Origin: Malacoraja senta
Lineage: Eukaryota
Assembly: GCA_038087875.1 (NCBI GenBank)
Contig: CM075989.1
Location: 8,496,001 to 8,560,000, forward strand
Direction of reading: 5' to 3'
Length of the DNA: 64,000 bases
Shown: positions 39,470 to 52,551 of the stretch, piece by piece
Position numbering within the stretch: position 1 is the first letter of the stretch
How the letters are laid out: each line of letters begins with the position of its first letter
The notes under the pieces: generated by a model
Databases searched by the model: none
What the model was told of the DNA's origin: nothing
What the model saw: only the letters and a program-made list of their open reading frames with translations
Made by a program: the position numbers and the translations under genes

Positions 39470-39636
39470 CTTGCTCCAGTCTGGCCGGCCGGGCTGTGTC
39501 CTGGTGCGCAGGCCTGTAATGGAATCACGCTTCTCCTTCTTTGCCAGGAGATCCAGAGCCATTTGTAGACCCAAGGCCTTCATGTCATTTTTACTGAGGG
39601 CGGATGTCATGTACATATGCATCTCCAGAAATCTGC
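39470..39636 (-). CDS. NOX5: NOX5 exon
   Basis: Acceptor tgtgcag, donor AAG|gtacag. 167 nt: (G)RFLEMHMYMTSALSKNDMKALGLQMALDLLAKKEKRDSITGLRTRTQPGRPDWSK. Confidence 0.97.
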
Positions 39637-40441
39637 CTGCACATTGGGAACAGTTGAACAATTAGCGACTCTGGTGTTTGTTTGTGAATGTACTTATCTA
39701 ACATTACTCCATAAGAATAGCATTAAGTAACCCAATCATTCTATCAAGTTTGATGTGGTTCTGTGCTGACTAATGTAAGAAATGATTATTCGATGATACC
39801 TTATACTGTCACATGTTCCTAGGTACAGTGAAATTCATCGTTTTTGCAGACAATCCCGTAAAATCGTACAGCAGACCTCTTCTAAGTAGGACACAAAGAG
39901 TCGCCATGTTTCTGATGCTAACAAAGTTACAAAAAGTTCATCGAACAGTCTTCTCTTCCCGCAGTGACGAACCAGACCTGCCGCCGCACAAGGTCGCAGA
40001 ACCCCCCCCCCCCCAAGCCGGGTCCCCCTTTGTTCTAAACATTATCCATTACTTGCACACATTTTCAGTTCTGTTCATAGTCACACCATGTATGGCAGAT
40101 TCATTAACATTATCTCATCAGATTGTACTCATTTAGTGCAGGAAGGAACTGCAGATGCTAGTTTACACCGAAGATAGACACAAAATGCTGGAGTAACCTC
40201 CTTCCAGGCCCAAAACGTCACCCATTCCTTCTATCCAGAGATGCTGCCTGTCCTGCTGAGTTACTCCAGCATTTTATGTCTATCTTTGGTACTACTTTAG
40301 TGTTGTTTTTCCATGTGATTGTCAACTTTTTAATCTCAAACTGGTGGAGAAAAATGCATAGAGAGATGCCTTAAACATTTCAAATTTCTATACCCTTCTT
40401 AAAGTTTTGCATCTGAGACGGCTAATGTCTTTGTTTACAAT

Positions 40442-40535
40442 GTCTGAAGAAGGGTCTCGACCCGAAACGTCACCAATTCTTTCGCTCCATAGATGCTGCC
40501 TCACCCGCTGAGTTTCTCCAGCATTTCTGTCCACT
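40442..40535 (+). mobile_element. Minimal Penelope-derived unit starting at the hammerhead-like core
   Basis: Flanking 12-bp direct repeat tttgtttacaat at 40430-40441 and 40536-40547. Confidence 0.8.
40444..40471 (+). ncRNA. Minimal type I hammerhead ribozyme-like motif (representative copy)
   Basis: CTGAAGA-A-[GGGTC TC GACCC]-GAAA-CGTC. Matches the CUGANGA..GAAA..UH core known from Penelope terminal repeats. Other copies at 19148-19175, 20338-20365, and about 22385 and 24622 on the minus strand. Confidence 0.7.
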
Positions 40536-41401
40536 TTTGTTTACAATCAAATCACTAGTGACACCTACTAACATGTAAAACGTTATTCTATTGGCAATCT
40601 ATCAGGCAGGGTCTATGGCATACAATAACAGAGATACAGCACAGAACATCGGCCCTTTGGGACAGTGAGTCTGCACTGACCATCGGCCACCTATTTACAC
40701 TAATCTGACATTAATTCCATTTTTCATTCTCCCTACATCAGTATTAACACTAGCTCAAGACCTGACATCACAGATGCTTCCCACTTCCCAAGTAAGGACA
40801 AATGTACCCGACGTAATCTGAACAGACACTAATTGAAACTGAGAGCCAAATGGATCATGGTGCAAGTTATGCAAGTTGACAGGGCCTTCTGTGACTCAAT
40901 GAGATAACAGGTAGGAGAACAGGACCCGTTAGAGGTTGCTGGGTAGAACCTGCTCCACAATAAAGTGGATGAGAGAGAACTGAGTCAATGGTTAAACCAT
41001 ATTCTTGGAATTGCCAAAGTCACCAAAAATGTTTGAACAATCAGAAACATCCATATTTTTAAAACTATCAACATTTTCTGAAAACAAAAACCTAAAGTTC
41101 CTGAGATTTATAAAACACATAAGCATTGAGAAATGTTGAGTAATGAAAGAAAATTTTAATTGCCAATGTTTAATTTAAACTTAGTCCCTCAACACTATTT
41201 GCCTCCACTGAAAGGAATGGAGAAGTACTCCCTGAGTCATGTGCTCCATGGTGTGATTTAGTCTGCTCACACCTGTGATTCAGGTTCACATCGTGTGGTG
41301 ATAATTATAAGATAGTGTGTACATTGCTGGATATGGTGGACCCTGCATGGAGTAAAAGGATGACTTCAATGTTTCCACCTTCTCAGGTGCCAGGAACCTA
41401 C

Positions 41402-41501
41402 CTTGAAGCTCCTCATCAGCCTGGTCCATCTCCAGTTTAGTCAGGAGGCTAACAAACCACTCAAAGGACTTCTGGTCCCTGTTGATCCAGATAAAGTCAA
41501 C
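41402..41501 (-). CDS. NOX5: NOX5 exon
   Basis: Acceptor tggttgcag, donor G|gtaggt. 100 nt: VDFIWINRDQKSFEWFVSLLTKLEMDQADEELQ(G). Confidence 0.97.
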
Positions 41502-42746
41502 CTGCAACCACAAACCTGGATCTTAAATCTCTTGCCGAGTACCAATGCCATTCCAAGTTACATCTTTCATCTGAATTGTATTAGCGCTCCCCTGACCGTC
41601 AGCAACAATACTGCAGAAGCGTTACAGACAGCTGGCTGGTGTCACTATGGTGGTTGTAACATTCACCTGCCAGTGAACGCTGGCATATGTTTGTAAATGT
41701 AACGCATAAATTGTAGGACAGGGGGGCTAGTCATAATCCAGAGTATGGCTGAGGAACCTGCTCGCCTCAATTAAAGTAAAATGGAGAAAGTGTACCCTTC
41801 CATAGCTAGGGTTCTGCCCCATTCACCTCTACCCCATTGCAGACATTGAACCTTGGCTCTGGAACTGATGTGATTCAATGATGTGAACTATATTCTGCAC
41901 TTTGTATCTTCCACATTGCTCTACCTATTGCACTTGAATACGACTTGATTGCAGCTATGTACAGCATCATCTGATGTGATTGAATAGAATGCAAAACCCA
42001 GGGTGGGGGAATGAAGAATCAGAGGATGTGGGTGTAAGAGGGGAGAGATTTAATAGAAACCTTCAGAGGGTGGGGCTGGATGGAATGAGCTGCCAGAGGA
42101 AGTAGTTGAGGCAAGTGCAATAACAAATTTAAAAGACACCTGGACAGGTACATGGATAGGAAAGGTATAGAGGCATATGGGCCAAATGGAGCTAGCTTAG
42201 ACGTGACATCTTGGTCAACATGGATGAGTTGGACCAAAAGGGCCTGTTTCCATGCTGTATGACCCTGACTCGAAACAAAGATTTTCACGGTACACGTTAC
42301 AATAATAAACCTAAACTTAACATCTTTGGAGGCTCGGGTCGTCCCTTTATGGACTCTTGTTTACATTCCAAAGAAAGATCAAGAGGTACAGGATAAATAC
42401 ATGCTCTGTCCAGCTTTGAAACACTTTATAATTTGTTCAGAGGATGTAATCATTTTACAACGATCCAGCAGGTTCATGATCCTCATTACAGCTTGTATTT
42501 TAATTCCAGAATTTACCTAACGAACTTACATTTGTCCGTCTGCTGTCATGGTGTCATGGTGGAATTTGACCTTGTCTGTGTGTTATGAATCTGGACCTCT
42601 GCTTCATCACTCCAGTAAGATAGGATGCAACCAATTAGAGTACCATACCTATTTTACCAAATTCAGGGAACTAAACGTGATTCAACAAATACACCAATCC
42701 ACATTAGCACCCAAACCTCTGTAGTAAACTGGATATGGGAAACTCC

Positions 42747-42933
42747 AGTTTAAGAAGGAACTGCAGATGCTGGAAAATCGAAGGTCGACAAAAATGCTGG
42801 AGAAACTCAGCGGGTGAGGCAGCATCTATGGAGCGAAGGAAATCGGCAACGTTTCGGCCCGAAACGTCGCCTATTTCCTTCGCTCCATGGATGCTGCCTC
42901 ACCCGCTGAGTTTCTCCAGCATTTTTGTCTACC
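42747..42933. repeat. Fold-back (palindromic) Penelope-tail element
   Basis: About 75-nt inverted arms (42783-42857 and 42859-42933). Flanking direct repeat atgggaaactcc at 42735-42746 and 42934-42945. Confidence 0.85.
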
Positions 42934-43469
42934 ATGGGAAACTCCTCTTCAATCTGTTTAGTTGTGCTGTCATTTTATGCTATAAAATCCAAGTAAACAT
43001 CTGTTTCTCAATGATCCCGAAGCAGTGAAGGAGACAGATGTGGAAACCCAGTCCCCGCAGCCTGTTCTAGGGAGCTCACTGCTGGCACGTCACAAAATCG
43101 CAGCAACGATGAACAGCAGAGAAGAATTAACCACCAAATTGAGTCATTGTAGTTGATCGTTTGTTGATGAAAGCAGCTCACTATAAATTCTATCCCACAG
43201 ACAAAATACCCTGGTGGTGGTTCCAAAACTAAACTCTGAAGTTACATTGAAAACTACAACACACAATCAGGTCATTCACCCAATCTGTTCTGATGTTCGT
43301 GCTCCACTCAAACCTCCTCCTATTCTTCCTCATTTGCTCCTTTTATTGTAGCCCTCCATTAAGTTCTTCAAATGCTAATCTAACTTCCCCTTGAAAACAC
43401 CTGGATCATTTTGATTTGTCCACCTAGGAGCAAGTTCCAAACTTTCTCTGGGTAGAGACTTTAGACGTT

Positions 43470-44233
43470 AGAGTTACAGTGCTGAAATAGGCCATTCGGC
43501 CCACCGAGTCTGCACCAAACAATGATCACTAGCTCCATCCTACACACTAGGGACAATTTACAATTTACAAACCTGCACTTCCTTGGAGTGTGGGAGGACA
43601 CTGGAACACTGGGAGAAAACCCACTTGTTCACAGGGAGGACGTACAAACTCTGTGCAGACATCACCCATAGTCAGAATCAAACCCGACTCTCTGGCGCTG
43701 TAAAGGCCTGTCCCATGAGCATGCGACTGCATGCGGCAAGCACCACCAAACTGGAAGTGGCGGCCGCACGGAGGTCGAGTGATCCCCGTACAGGGCCGGT
43801 CCCACCAGCGTGCGACTGCATGCAGCGAGCGCGACCAAACCGGAAGCGGGGTCCGCGCGGAGGTCGAGTGAGTGACGTGAAGTTCGAGCGAAGTCCGCGG
43901 GAAGTTCGCGCGTGACCTACGGCATCAAGACGCTGCTTACGGCGTCGAGACGCTGTGCACGCCCGTCGAGGCGGCTGCGGCGTACGGCGTCGAGGCGGCT
44001 GCGGGCCGTTGCCGCGGGGAATTTTTTAACACTGTCAGTTTTTCGGAGCCCCACGCAATGTCGGGACCAGCTCCGCACAACTCCATACGGCTCCGGCGAT
44101 CGAAGTGGGACCGGCCCCGCGAGGCCGTACGGCTCAAGCGACCACGTTAGGTCGTGCTTGCCGCATGCAGTCGCATGCCCGTGGGACAGGCCCTTAAGGC
44201 AGCAACTCTACCACTGTGTTATTGTACTGCCCT
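43470..44233 (-). mobile_element. HE1-like V-SINE split by a MITE
   Basis: Contiguous after removing 43704-44197. Confidence 0.8.
43704..44194. mobile_element. PIF/Harbinger-type MITE, GC-rich, inserted in a SINE
   Basis: TAA TSD at 43701-43703 and 44195-44197. About 40-bp TIR AGGCCTGTCCCA..GCATGCGACTGCATGCGGCAAGCAC. Removing it restores the SINE sequence ggcgctgTAAggcagc. Confidence 0.88.
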
Positions 44234-44842
44234 AAATTCTCATTGAGTTCTTGTAACTATTTCATGTGACATCCTCTTTTTTGTTCGTTTTTAAATTTTA
44301 TGCTTTAAAAACGGAAAAGTTTGAATACTTCAGCTTTTAAAAATGGCATCAGTGGTTGAGAGAGACTTCTTAGAGGGGTAAATTTAATTTTCTCAGGCTT
44401 ATCAACCAGCAATCGGATTACACACCAAAACGCACGGGGCTTAGCTGCTCAGTGACTAGGTTGTTTCAGCCTGATTTTTCAAAGCATGGGAGAATAGCTG
44501 CACACTATAGTAAGAACTCATTCATTGCTGGATGAAAAGATCGTGCTGAAACATTATGCCCACTGCGAACAAAAGTCCCACCAGTTTTGACATGGGCTGC
44601 AGGTAGATAGAGTGTTAAAAGAATGAAGTGTTTTTTTTTAAAATCTCATAGAGCTTTCAGTTAAATGATGAACCAATTGCTGCGCCCTGCCCTTGCATAA
44701 CTTGCTGTTAACCATTGAAGGGGAAAAAACTAAAAGTGATTACTAAAAGTGGTGAACTCTGAGAGTTAGTGGTGAGAACTCTGACAAAATTCGAAATATG
44801 TCAATGAATTTTATGCAGATGATGTGTAATTGAATAAAAATT

Positions 44843-45152
44843 GGGCGGCACGGTGGCGTAGCAGTCAAGTTGCTACATTACAGCGCCAGAGACACGGGTT
44901 CGATCTTCACAACGGGTGCTGTCTGTACGGAGTTTGTACCTTCTCCCTGTGAATGGGTGGGTTTTCTCCAGGTGCTCCAATTTCCTCCCACATTCCAAAG
45001 ACGTACAGGTTTGCAGGTTAATTGGCTTCTGTAAATCTAAATTGTTCCTAGTGTGTAGGATTGTGCTACTGTACGGGGTGATCACTAGTCGGCGCAGACT
45101 ATGTGGGCCGAAGGGCCTGTTTCTGCGTTGTATCTCTGAAGTCTAAAGTCTA
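44843..45152 (+). mobile_element. HE1-like V-SINE
   Basis: Same family. Confidence 0.82.
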
Positions 45153-47919
45153 AAATAACGCTACATCCTCACAGAGTCTCCGCAAGGTTACAACACAGAA
45201 GGCCAATCAGTCCATCAATTCCATGGCAGCTATATGCAAGAGAAAGAGAGCTGGGTCACTCCACTCCACACATCATGCAATATAATTGTTTAAATGAGAC
45301 GATAGAACAAGGTGAACTGGGGGCGCAAAACACTATAAAGAGCAGCACTGTTAAAGGCCACAATGTAAACAGAGAGTGCGGTTCACTTTAAGAGAGACAG
45401 AATTGAAATCTGAGATGTTAAACTTGTATAGAACTTTAGTTAAACCTTATGAAAGAATATCTGCAGAGCCACAGGGGAAGAGCATAGCAAAAGGTCAGAC
45501 TGAATTACCCTACAAACATCCTGCAGGGACTCAATGGGCTGTAACAATTCTATGATTCTATTCACAGGAAAAAATATATTAAAATGATTTACCAGAATGA
45601 TATAAGAGCTCTGGGTTCACACCCAATAGGAAGGGTTGAACTGAGACTGAGAAACTATAAAAGTCTTTCAAATTATGAATGGGGTTTGATAAAATGACAT
45701 TCAAAGAAAATGGTTCCACTTACAACCTAGACTAGAAACAGGACCCGATAATATGAGAACGTCACAAATAAAACTCATACAAGATGGTGCCAGAGTGTGG
45801 CGACACTTTGCATGCTGATCCCAGTGGAGGATCTACTGTCATCTGATACAATTACCCCACGCAATTAAATCTCTTTTATACCTGTAAATCCAGCACCATG
45901 TTTAGTAGTTAACTATATTCTGCACTCTGCATCTTTCCCTTTGCTCTATCTATTGGACTTGAGTTTGGCTTGATTGGATATATGTAAAGTGTTATCTGAT
46001 TGGATTGGGTAGCATGCAAAGCAAAGCTTTTTGAATGTACCTCGGTATACATGACAATAAAAACCCAAAACAAAAGGATATTTTAATAATATTAATTTTT
46101 GAGGCAAATTGCAGAAATTGCTGTGAACAATTGAAGGACAATAACTAAAAAGGTTTTTAGTGAACCTTGGTGGTCAGGTTCCTATCAAATCTATTGCCCC
46201 AGGCTAGCGAGGAGAAGGGGATCATGACAGAAGCCTCCTCGTGGCCATCCCCCGAAACGACAACACGATGCACTCTGTGACGCGTCGGGCGACCAATTCT
46301 CTCAACATGTTGGACGACGACAGAAGCCAACAGCGAGCAACACGTCGTCTGACACACGAGTGAACAAACCGAGGACAAAGGGGGGCCCAGAGTGGAGTTC
46401 CATCGAGAACTAGAGGGGGTGGGGTCTCTATGTGGCGATTCTTTGTATGCCTAGTTATGCAAAATAAAGCATCTCACTGTGACTTGTAAAAAGTATCCCT
46501 CTCCCTCACCTTTAACCTATCTCCTCTGGTTTTCGATTCCCCTACTCGAGGCAAGAGATGTGTTTCAGTGGGAGCAGGATAAACACATGAGGAAGAAGGG
46601 AAACAGGGAAACATGGTCCGTACGAGATGAAGAAAGGTTGGAGCAAAAACATGGGCCTGTTGGGTGAACTGTAAATTCTTTAATTATCCCTGCTAACAGT
46701 GCACATGGATCTATATGTATGTAGATTTAAGGAGCAGAGTTGGGGTGGTGTTGGGGGGCGGGCTGTGGGTGCGTGTAGACGATGGCAGAAATGAGGAGTG
46801 ACAATGGAGCCTTTCTTTTCAAGAATCAGCCTGTTAGCACTTCACATTTAGCTCTTTGAAAATATCCAGAATGTGACCAATCTACAACATTTCAAGGGCA
46901 CAGGGGGAGAAAACACTTTTGTTATTTCAAATATGAACCACAGATGTTTATTTCTTATGGTTTCTGACACAGCTGGGATTCTTCACTTAAATCACCATCT
47001 CCTAATCACTTCCTTGCTCCCTGCTAATCTCCACCGAAGTCTGTTGCTTTCAGAAAACACCCATTCATATTTCATAACATCAATTAATTAATTAATTAAT
47101 TAATTGCCGTTTGTGAGATGCTTTTGAATGGTATTGGCTCGCCGTGAAGCGGGTTCTGTTCCACTCACATTGACAGTCAAGGCCGTTGACAGGCGTATAG
47201 TTGTATTCTTCGCAGATCACAGTCCCCAATTCTCCCAGAAGCTGGTGCCAACTCAATTAGTGATTTCACAAAGCCTATTAATGCCTCACGCAAAGCGAGG
47301 CGGGCCCAGCCTATTAATTGAATAGGTAGCGGTTGTTCTCTGGCAGTGCCGTGTTGCAACGGGCTGGTGCCACCGTAACCGCATGGTGCGCAGTAAAGTT
47401 CATGCAATGAGCATCTCAGACCCAGCTGGAGTCCGGTTGCCCCACTGGGGTAAGCGTGTAAGCTGCAGACAGCTGCAAGGTGGTTTTCTCATTAAAACGC
47501 ACAATTAAAACTACGCAGAAGTAAATGAAGACTGTTGTGGCCTCAATTTCATCCCTAGTTTCACATTAGCTGACCAGAATGTGAAAGGTTGAAATTAGAG
47601 AAGGATATTTACCTCCGATTGCCCATTCCGATCAAATGGCAACATTTGAGAGACATTAAATGTACACATTTAACTGTCAGGGGCTGACATGTTTATTTCG
47701 ATATTAACCCTAAGGTGGCCAGGACACAAGTGTGTGCAAAGTGACACAGTGGCGCATCTGGTAGACCCAGGGACCCAAGTTCGATCCTGACCTCCGGTGC
47801 TTTCTGTGTGGAGTTTGCATACTCTCCTTGGGACCGCCTGAGTTTCCTCCGGGTGCTCCAATCTGCTGTCACAGCCCAAAGCCGTGCAGGTAAGTAGGTT
47901 AATCTGATACCGCAACACA

Positions 47920-48890
47920 GCCCCTGGGTGAAGAAGTTGTCCCTCATATCCCCTCTGAATCTCCTCCCCCCTTACCCTAAATCTATATCCTCTAGTTTTA
48001 CCTAACCCTGAGATGGAGGAAAGTTTCCTCCAGGCTACCCTATTTATGCTCCTCATAATTTTACTTACCTCGATCATGTCACTTCTAAACCTCCTCTCCT
48101 CCAGGGACAACAGACCCAGCTTCTCCAGTCCCTCCTCATTGTGCATCCGCTCCATCCAAAGAAACATTCTGGTGAACCTTCTCTGCATCTTCTCCAGTAC
48201 GATCAAATCCATCGTTTCTTGTGGTGACCTGAACTGCATGCAGGGCTCCAACTGAATTCTGACCAGGATTTTATAAAGATGGAGCATAATCTCCCTGCAA
48301 ATGTATTCAATGCCCCAACTAATGAACCTCAGCATCCCCATGCCACCCTAGCTATGTTATCCACCTGTGTTGCCATCTTCAAGGATCCATGCGCTTGTTC
48401 TCCAAGATCCCTCTGTTCTTCAATACTCCCAGGACCTTAACATTCACGGTGTATGTCCCAGCCTCATTAGTATTCCCCCTCATCTCGCATTTGTCTGGAG
48501 TAAATGTCATCCGCCATTGATTAACCCATTTCACCAGCTGATCAATATCTCCCTGCAGCCAAAGACTCGTCCCCATTATCAGCAATTCCGACAATCGTCA
48601 TGTCATCTGCGAACTTTGTGATCACGCCTCCCACATCCAATACATTACTAGCAGCAAGTGTCTCAGTGCCAATGCTTCTAGACTGGAGGCTGGAGGCCCG
48701 TCACAAATATAATTCTCTATCACCTCTCGGCAAGCCAATATTGGATCCAGTTTGCCAACTTGCCCGGAATTCCATGGGCCCTAACCTTTTAAACCAGATT
48801 GGTCTGTGGGACATTGTCAAAGGCCATGGCTAAACTCTACATAAGTCATATCTATTACCTTGCCCTCATTAAAACACGTTTTTATCTCCT
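47920..48890 (-). mobile_element. Decayed CR1 ORF2 fragment
   Basis: Translates LQGDIDQLVKW..; LYKILVR..LEKMQRRFTRM..LGLLSLEERR..TRGYRF. Frameshifted. Confidence 0.85.
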
Positions 48891-48899
48891 GTGATTCCA

Positions 48900-49120
48900 G
48901 TACACTAGCACTATGTTACACATTGGGGACAATTTACAATCTTTACTGAAGCCAATTAACCTACAAAACTGTACGTCTTTGGAATGTGGGGGGAAGCCGG
49001 GCAAAACCCACGCGGTCACGGGGAGAATGTACAAACTCCATACAGGCTGCACCCACAGTCAGGATCGAACCTGACTCTCTGGCGCTGTAAGGCAGCAGCT
49101 CTACCACTGCACCACCACGC
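48900..49120 (-). mobile_element. HE1-like V-SINE, partial
   Basis: Same family. Confidence 0.75.
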
Positions 49121-49251
49121 TGCTGGCTGCTCACAGCAAAGTCCTAGAGGCGAGATAGAACTGAAGAAGGCCACACTTAACCTCCAGTGATCCCAAGCCA
49201 ACCCGAGATGTTTGGCAACTCAGGGCAACTACCTCTTGTCAGTCCAGTTAC

Positions 49252-49336
49252 CTTTTTCAGACTCATCTCATTATCCTTGACGTTTTCACACCAGGAGTAG
49301 TTACAATTGGGACAATTCTGTTTGCTCATGCGATAC
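49252..49336 (-). CDS. NOX5: NOX5 exon with CxxC motif
   Basis: Acceptor tatttcag, donor AAG|gtaact. 85 nt: (R)YRMSKQNCPNCNYSWCENVKDNEMSLKK. Confidence 0.95.
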
Positions 49337-49504
49337 CTGAAATACATAAGAGGCGCCAAATTACCAATTTGAGGAGATCATTTTTATAAGATGAAACATT
49401 CAAGGCATTCACAACAATATCTAGTGTAAGGAAAACTCAATGAAAACTTTCCTTGGGGTGAATCTTCAGATTCAATTCTCTCAGTAAAAAGCTTCACGTC
49501 ACAC

Positions 49505-49770
49505 AGAACACAAAGTGCTGGAGGAACTCAGCGGGTCAAGCAGCATATGTGGAGGGAATGGACAGACTATGGTTCGGGTTGAGACCCTTTTTCAGGAGTC
49601 TGAGGAAGCATCCCAACCCAAAACTCCATCTGTCGAGACGGAAGAAGGGTCCCGACCCAAACCGTTGTTTGTCCATTCCCTCCACAAATGCTGTCTGACC
49701 CATGGAGTTCCTCCAGCACTTTGTGTTTTGCACAAGATTCCAGCATCTGCAGTTTCTTGTGTCTCTACGT
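49505..49770. repeat. Older fold-back Penelope-tail element
   Basis: Inverted arms acacaaagtgctggaggaactc and gagttcctccagcactttgtgt. Confidence 0.7.
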
Positions 49771-51150
49771 GACACAATCAATTTGGCAAAATTCACATAA
49801 TTTTCAAATTAATTGAATGGATGGAAACCTATGTGTTCCACAGCTAATATTTCAACGTACAGTACCATCAAACATCACCGTTTCTAACCTGGTGATGTGA
49901 TAAGGCTTTTGGGGGCTATATTCACCCTTATCTACCACCACTAAATGCATTGATGTATACTGTTCCCTGATTGCGCACGCTTTATGCATTCAATCCCACT
50001 GACATCATTCAAACCAAATATGGAGAATTCAATATTTAAGGTCAATATTCTACTTTATGCTTAGTCCTGGTGACCAAAGACAAATTTCTCCCCAGGACAA
50101 GATTGAACATAATAGACAGCAATAGTGCATGAAAACTCTTCAACCCATAAAGATAGATTAATTTAATGTTCCCATGCTCATTATAATCTCCTTGGGGATG
50201 TTATTTCAGATCCTGATCGTGTGTTTACACCACATAATTACCCCCCGACTTGAGGAACCAAAGGTTACTCGGCATGGGAAATGGCAATCTTTCCACTGGT
50301 GCAGTGGGAAATACTCTGAGAGCTGAAGCTGAAGAATGCTTGTCGGGGCAGAGTGATGGTAGCCCTGTTCTGATTTCTGCTGGACTTTAGTTGACACTTT
50401 CCAGATGAGAGCTTCAACCAAGGGACGGAGATGGTTATAAACCAATCCCATTGCACCACATGAAGAGGAAGAAGGGATTCCTTCCCTCTCCCTGTATTTA
50501 TCCTCCAGTTTGCATAGGTCTAGCTGATTGTAGTGGCCATTTGGCTTTAATCTGCCACTACACTGATTACCTGGCCATTGTTCCATTGCTGCTTATGGGA
50601 ACTTCTCACATACAAATTGGCTCCCTGGTTTACTGCTCAGAAGCATTTGGCCCCTGTCATGATCTTCATTATCTTTGGGACGTCTCAACTTCTCCCTTTA
50701 TTCCTCTAACTCATTTCATGTCATGGGAACAGAATTAGACCATTCAGCCAAGTAAGTCTACTCCCCTGTCCAATCATGGCTTATCTATCTTTCTCTCTCA
50801 CCCCCATTCTCCTGCCTTCTCTCCATAACCCCTTGACACCCTTATCAAGAATCTGTCGATCTGTGCCATAAAAACACACAATGACGACCTCCACAGCTGT
50901 CTATGGCAATGAATTCCACAGATTCATCACCCTCTGACTAAAGAAATTCCATCTCATCACCTTTCTAAAGGTGTCCTTTTGTTCTGAGGCTTTGCCTTCT
51001 GGTCCTAAACTCTATTCCAGGCCTTTGAACTGTGAAGTGTTTGATTTTGATAATGATTTGCTAAAATAGGTGAACCAAGCCTGGTACGAACAGACACAGA
51101 ACATAGTGATATAATTACTATTAATATCGCTGCTTGTGATATGAACTCAC

Positions 51151-51275
51151 CTGTACATAATGCTTTGTAAAATAGAGGCAAATGGGGTGATACCTATTCC
51201 AGCTCCAATCAGCACTGCATGTTCTGAGGTAAAGATTGTCCTAGTTGGAGTCCCATAAGGGCCATCAATGTAGCA
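51151..51275 (-). CDS. NOX5: NOX5 exon, NADPH-binding motifs
   Basis: Acceptor ccttgccag, donor AG|gtgagt. 125 nt: CYIDGPYGTPTRTIFTSEHAVLIGAGIGITPFASILQSIMY(R), containing the DGPYG and GAGIGITPF NOX motifs. Confidence 0.97.
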
Positions 51276-52137
51276 CTGGCAAGGAGCACAGAACATTCAT
51301 ATGGAACACATTTACAGATGGAAACATTTGCTAAAATTGCACCGTTCCTTTTAAAGAAAAACACAGAGTGGTCAAATTATTTGTCCGAAATAAATGTTCC
51401 TTTATAATTTATCTCGATGAATATGTGTTGGAATATGAAAAACATTTCAAAACTAGGAAGATGGAAAAGAACCAGGGTGACCTAGCCCCTAAATCCTATC
51501 CCATCATTCAGTTAAACCGAGCGAGATCTGTGACCTAACTCCACAATCCCAAATCCTATAATGCCTATAATGCGGTTCTAAAAAAAGGATGAATAATAGG
51601 TTTCAATTTAACTTTCAATTTACAATTGTCTGTCTCTTAAAAATAACGCCAGGTGCTTTGTGAAAGTGTTTCTTAATTTCATTCCTGAGATCACACTCAA
51701 GACCAGGTAATACACCTATAACCTTTGTTAACTCAACTTGAAATGTTACCTTCAGGGTTCATGCAGCAGTCTTGTAAATCTATATTGCACTTCCTCCAAA
51801 GTCAATTTAACCCTGTCAATGGCAGTGCCCAAAACTGCTTTACCCAGGAGTGGTATTAACTCTTCATTGTCTACAACCTCGACGGCTCTACATCTTTTAA
51901 CATAAAACATTGAACTAAGGACATTTTGTGAGGTTGCAGGAGGGAAGGGAATAAAATATAATTTGACCGTCAAAATATAGCTTGATTGTAAATAGCACCG
52001 TGTTTGATCTTGATGTGTAGAAACGTACTGCGTGTTTCTGTACATGGTAACAGTGACACTAGTTGAAAGTAATTTCCTGATAGATGTGCTAATATGCTAG
52101 ATAATTATTTTTTTTAATGTGAGAAACTGATTTTTAC

Positions 52138-52182
52138 CTTAATGTTGCAGTATTGATGATTCTCACCCAATTTTGTGGACAC
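52138..52182 (-). CDS. NOX5: NOX5 45-nt exon (too short for the ORF track)
   Basis: Acceptor ccttgtttttaag, donor AAG|gtaaaa. Translates VSTKLGENHQYCNIK, comparable to human GSEILLEKHKFCNIK. Confidence 0.92.
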
Positions 52183-52551
52183 CTTAAAAACAAGGTTTTC
52201 GTTACTGAAGAGATGACATTACAGGATTCTACAGATTCAACAAGTCTTCTTTTCCCTCCATAAATGTCTTCCCTTCTTCCTATATGTATTCACTCTTGAG
52301 CTTAATGGAGAAATCTCTTCTCATCTCAATTTGGAATAGCTATGGAGGGCCATTGGCTTCCTGCACTTCAAGGGACTGGGCATGTTTTATCACTGACCCT
52401 GAATTGTATTGGAACCAAGGCCAATATCTTCATCTCCTCATGTGCACTGCCATCAACAATGACAGAGCAGGGACAGAGTGTGATTGTAATGGTGTGTGCT
52501 TTCCTCATCTGTTGATGCATCGGCTTCTGCTGGGAGAACATACAAAACATA

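Noticed and set aside
47670..48341. 223-aa ORF as a host gene
   Set aside because: Decayed CR1 ORF2 running into a SINE fragment.
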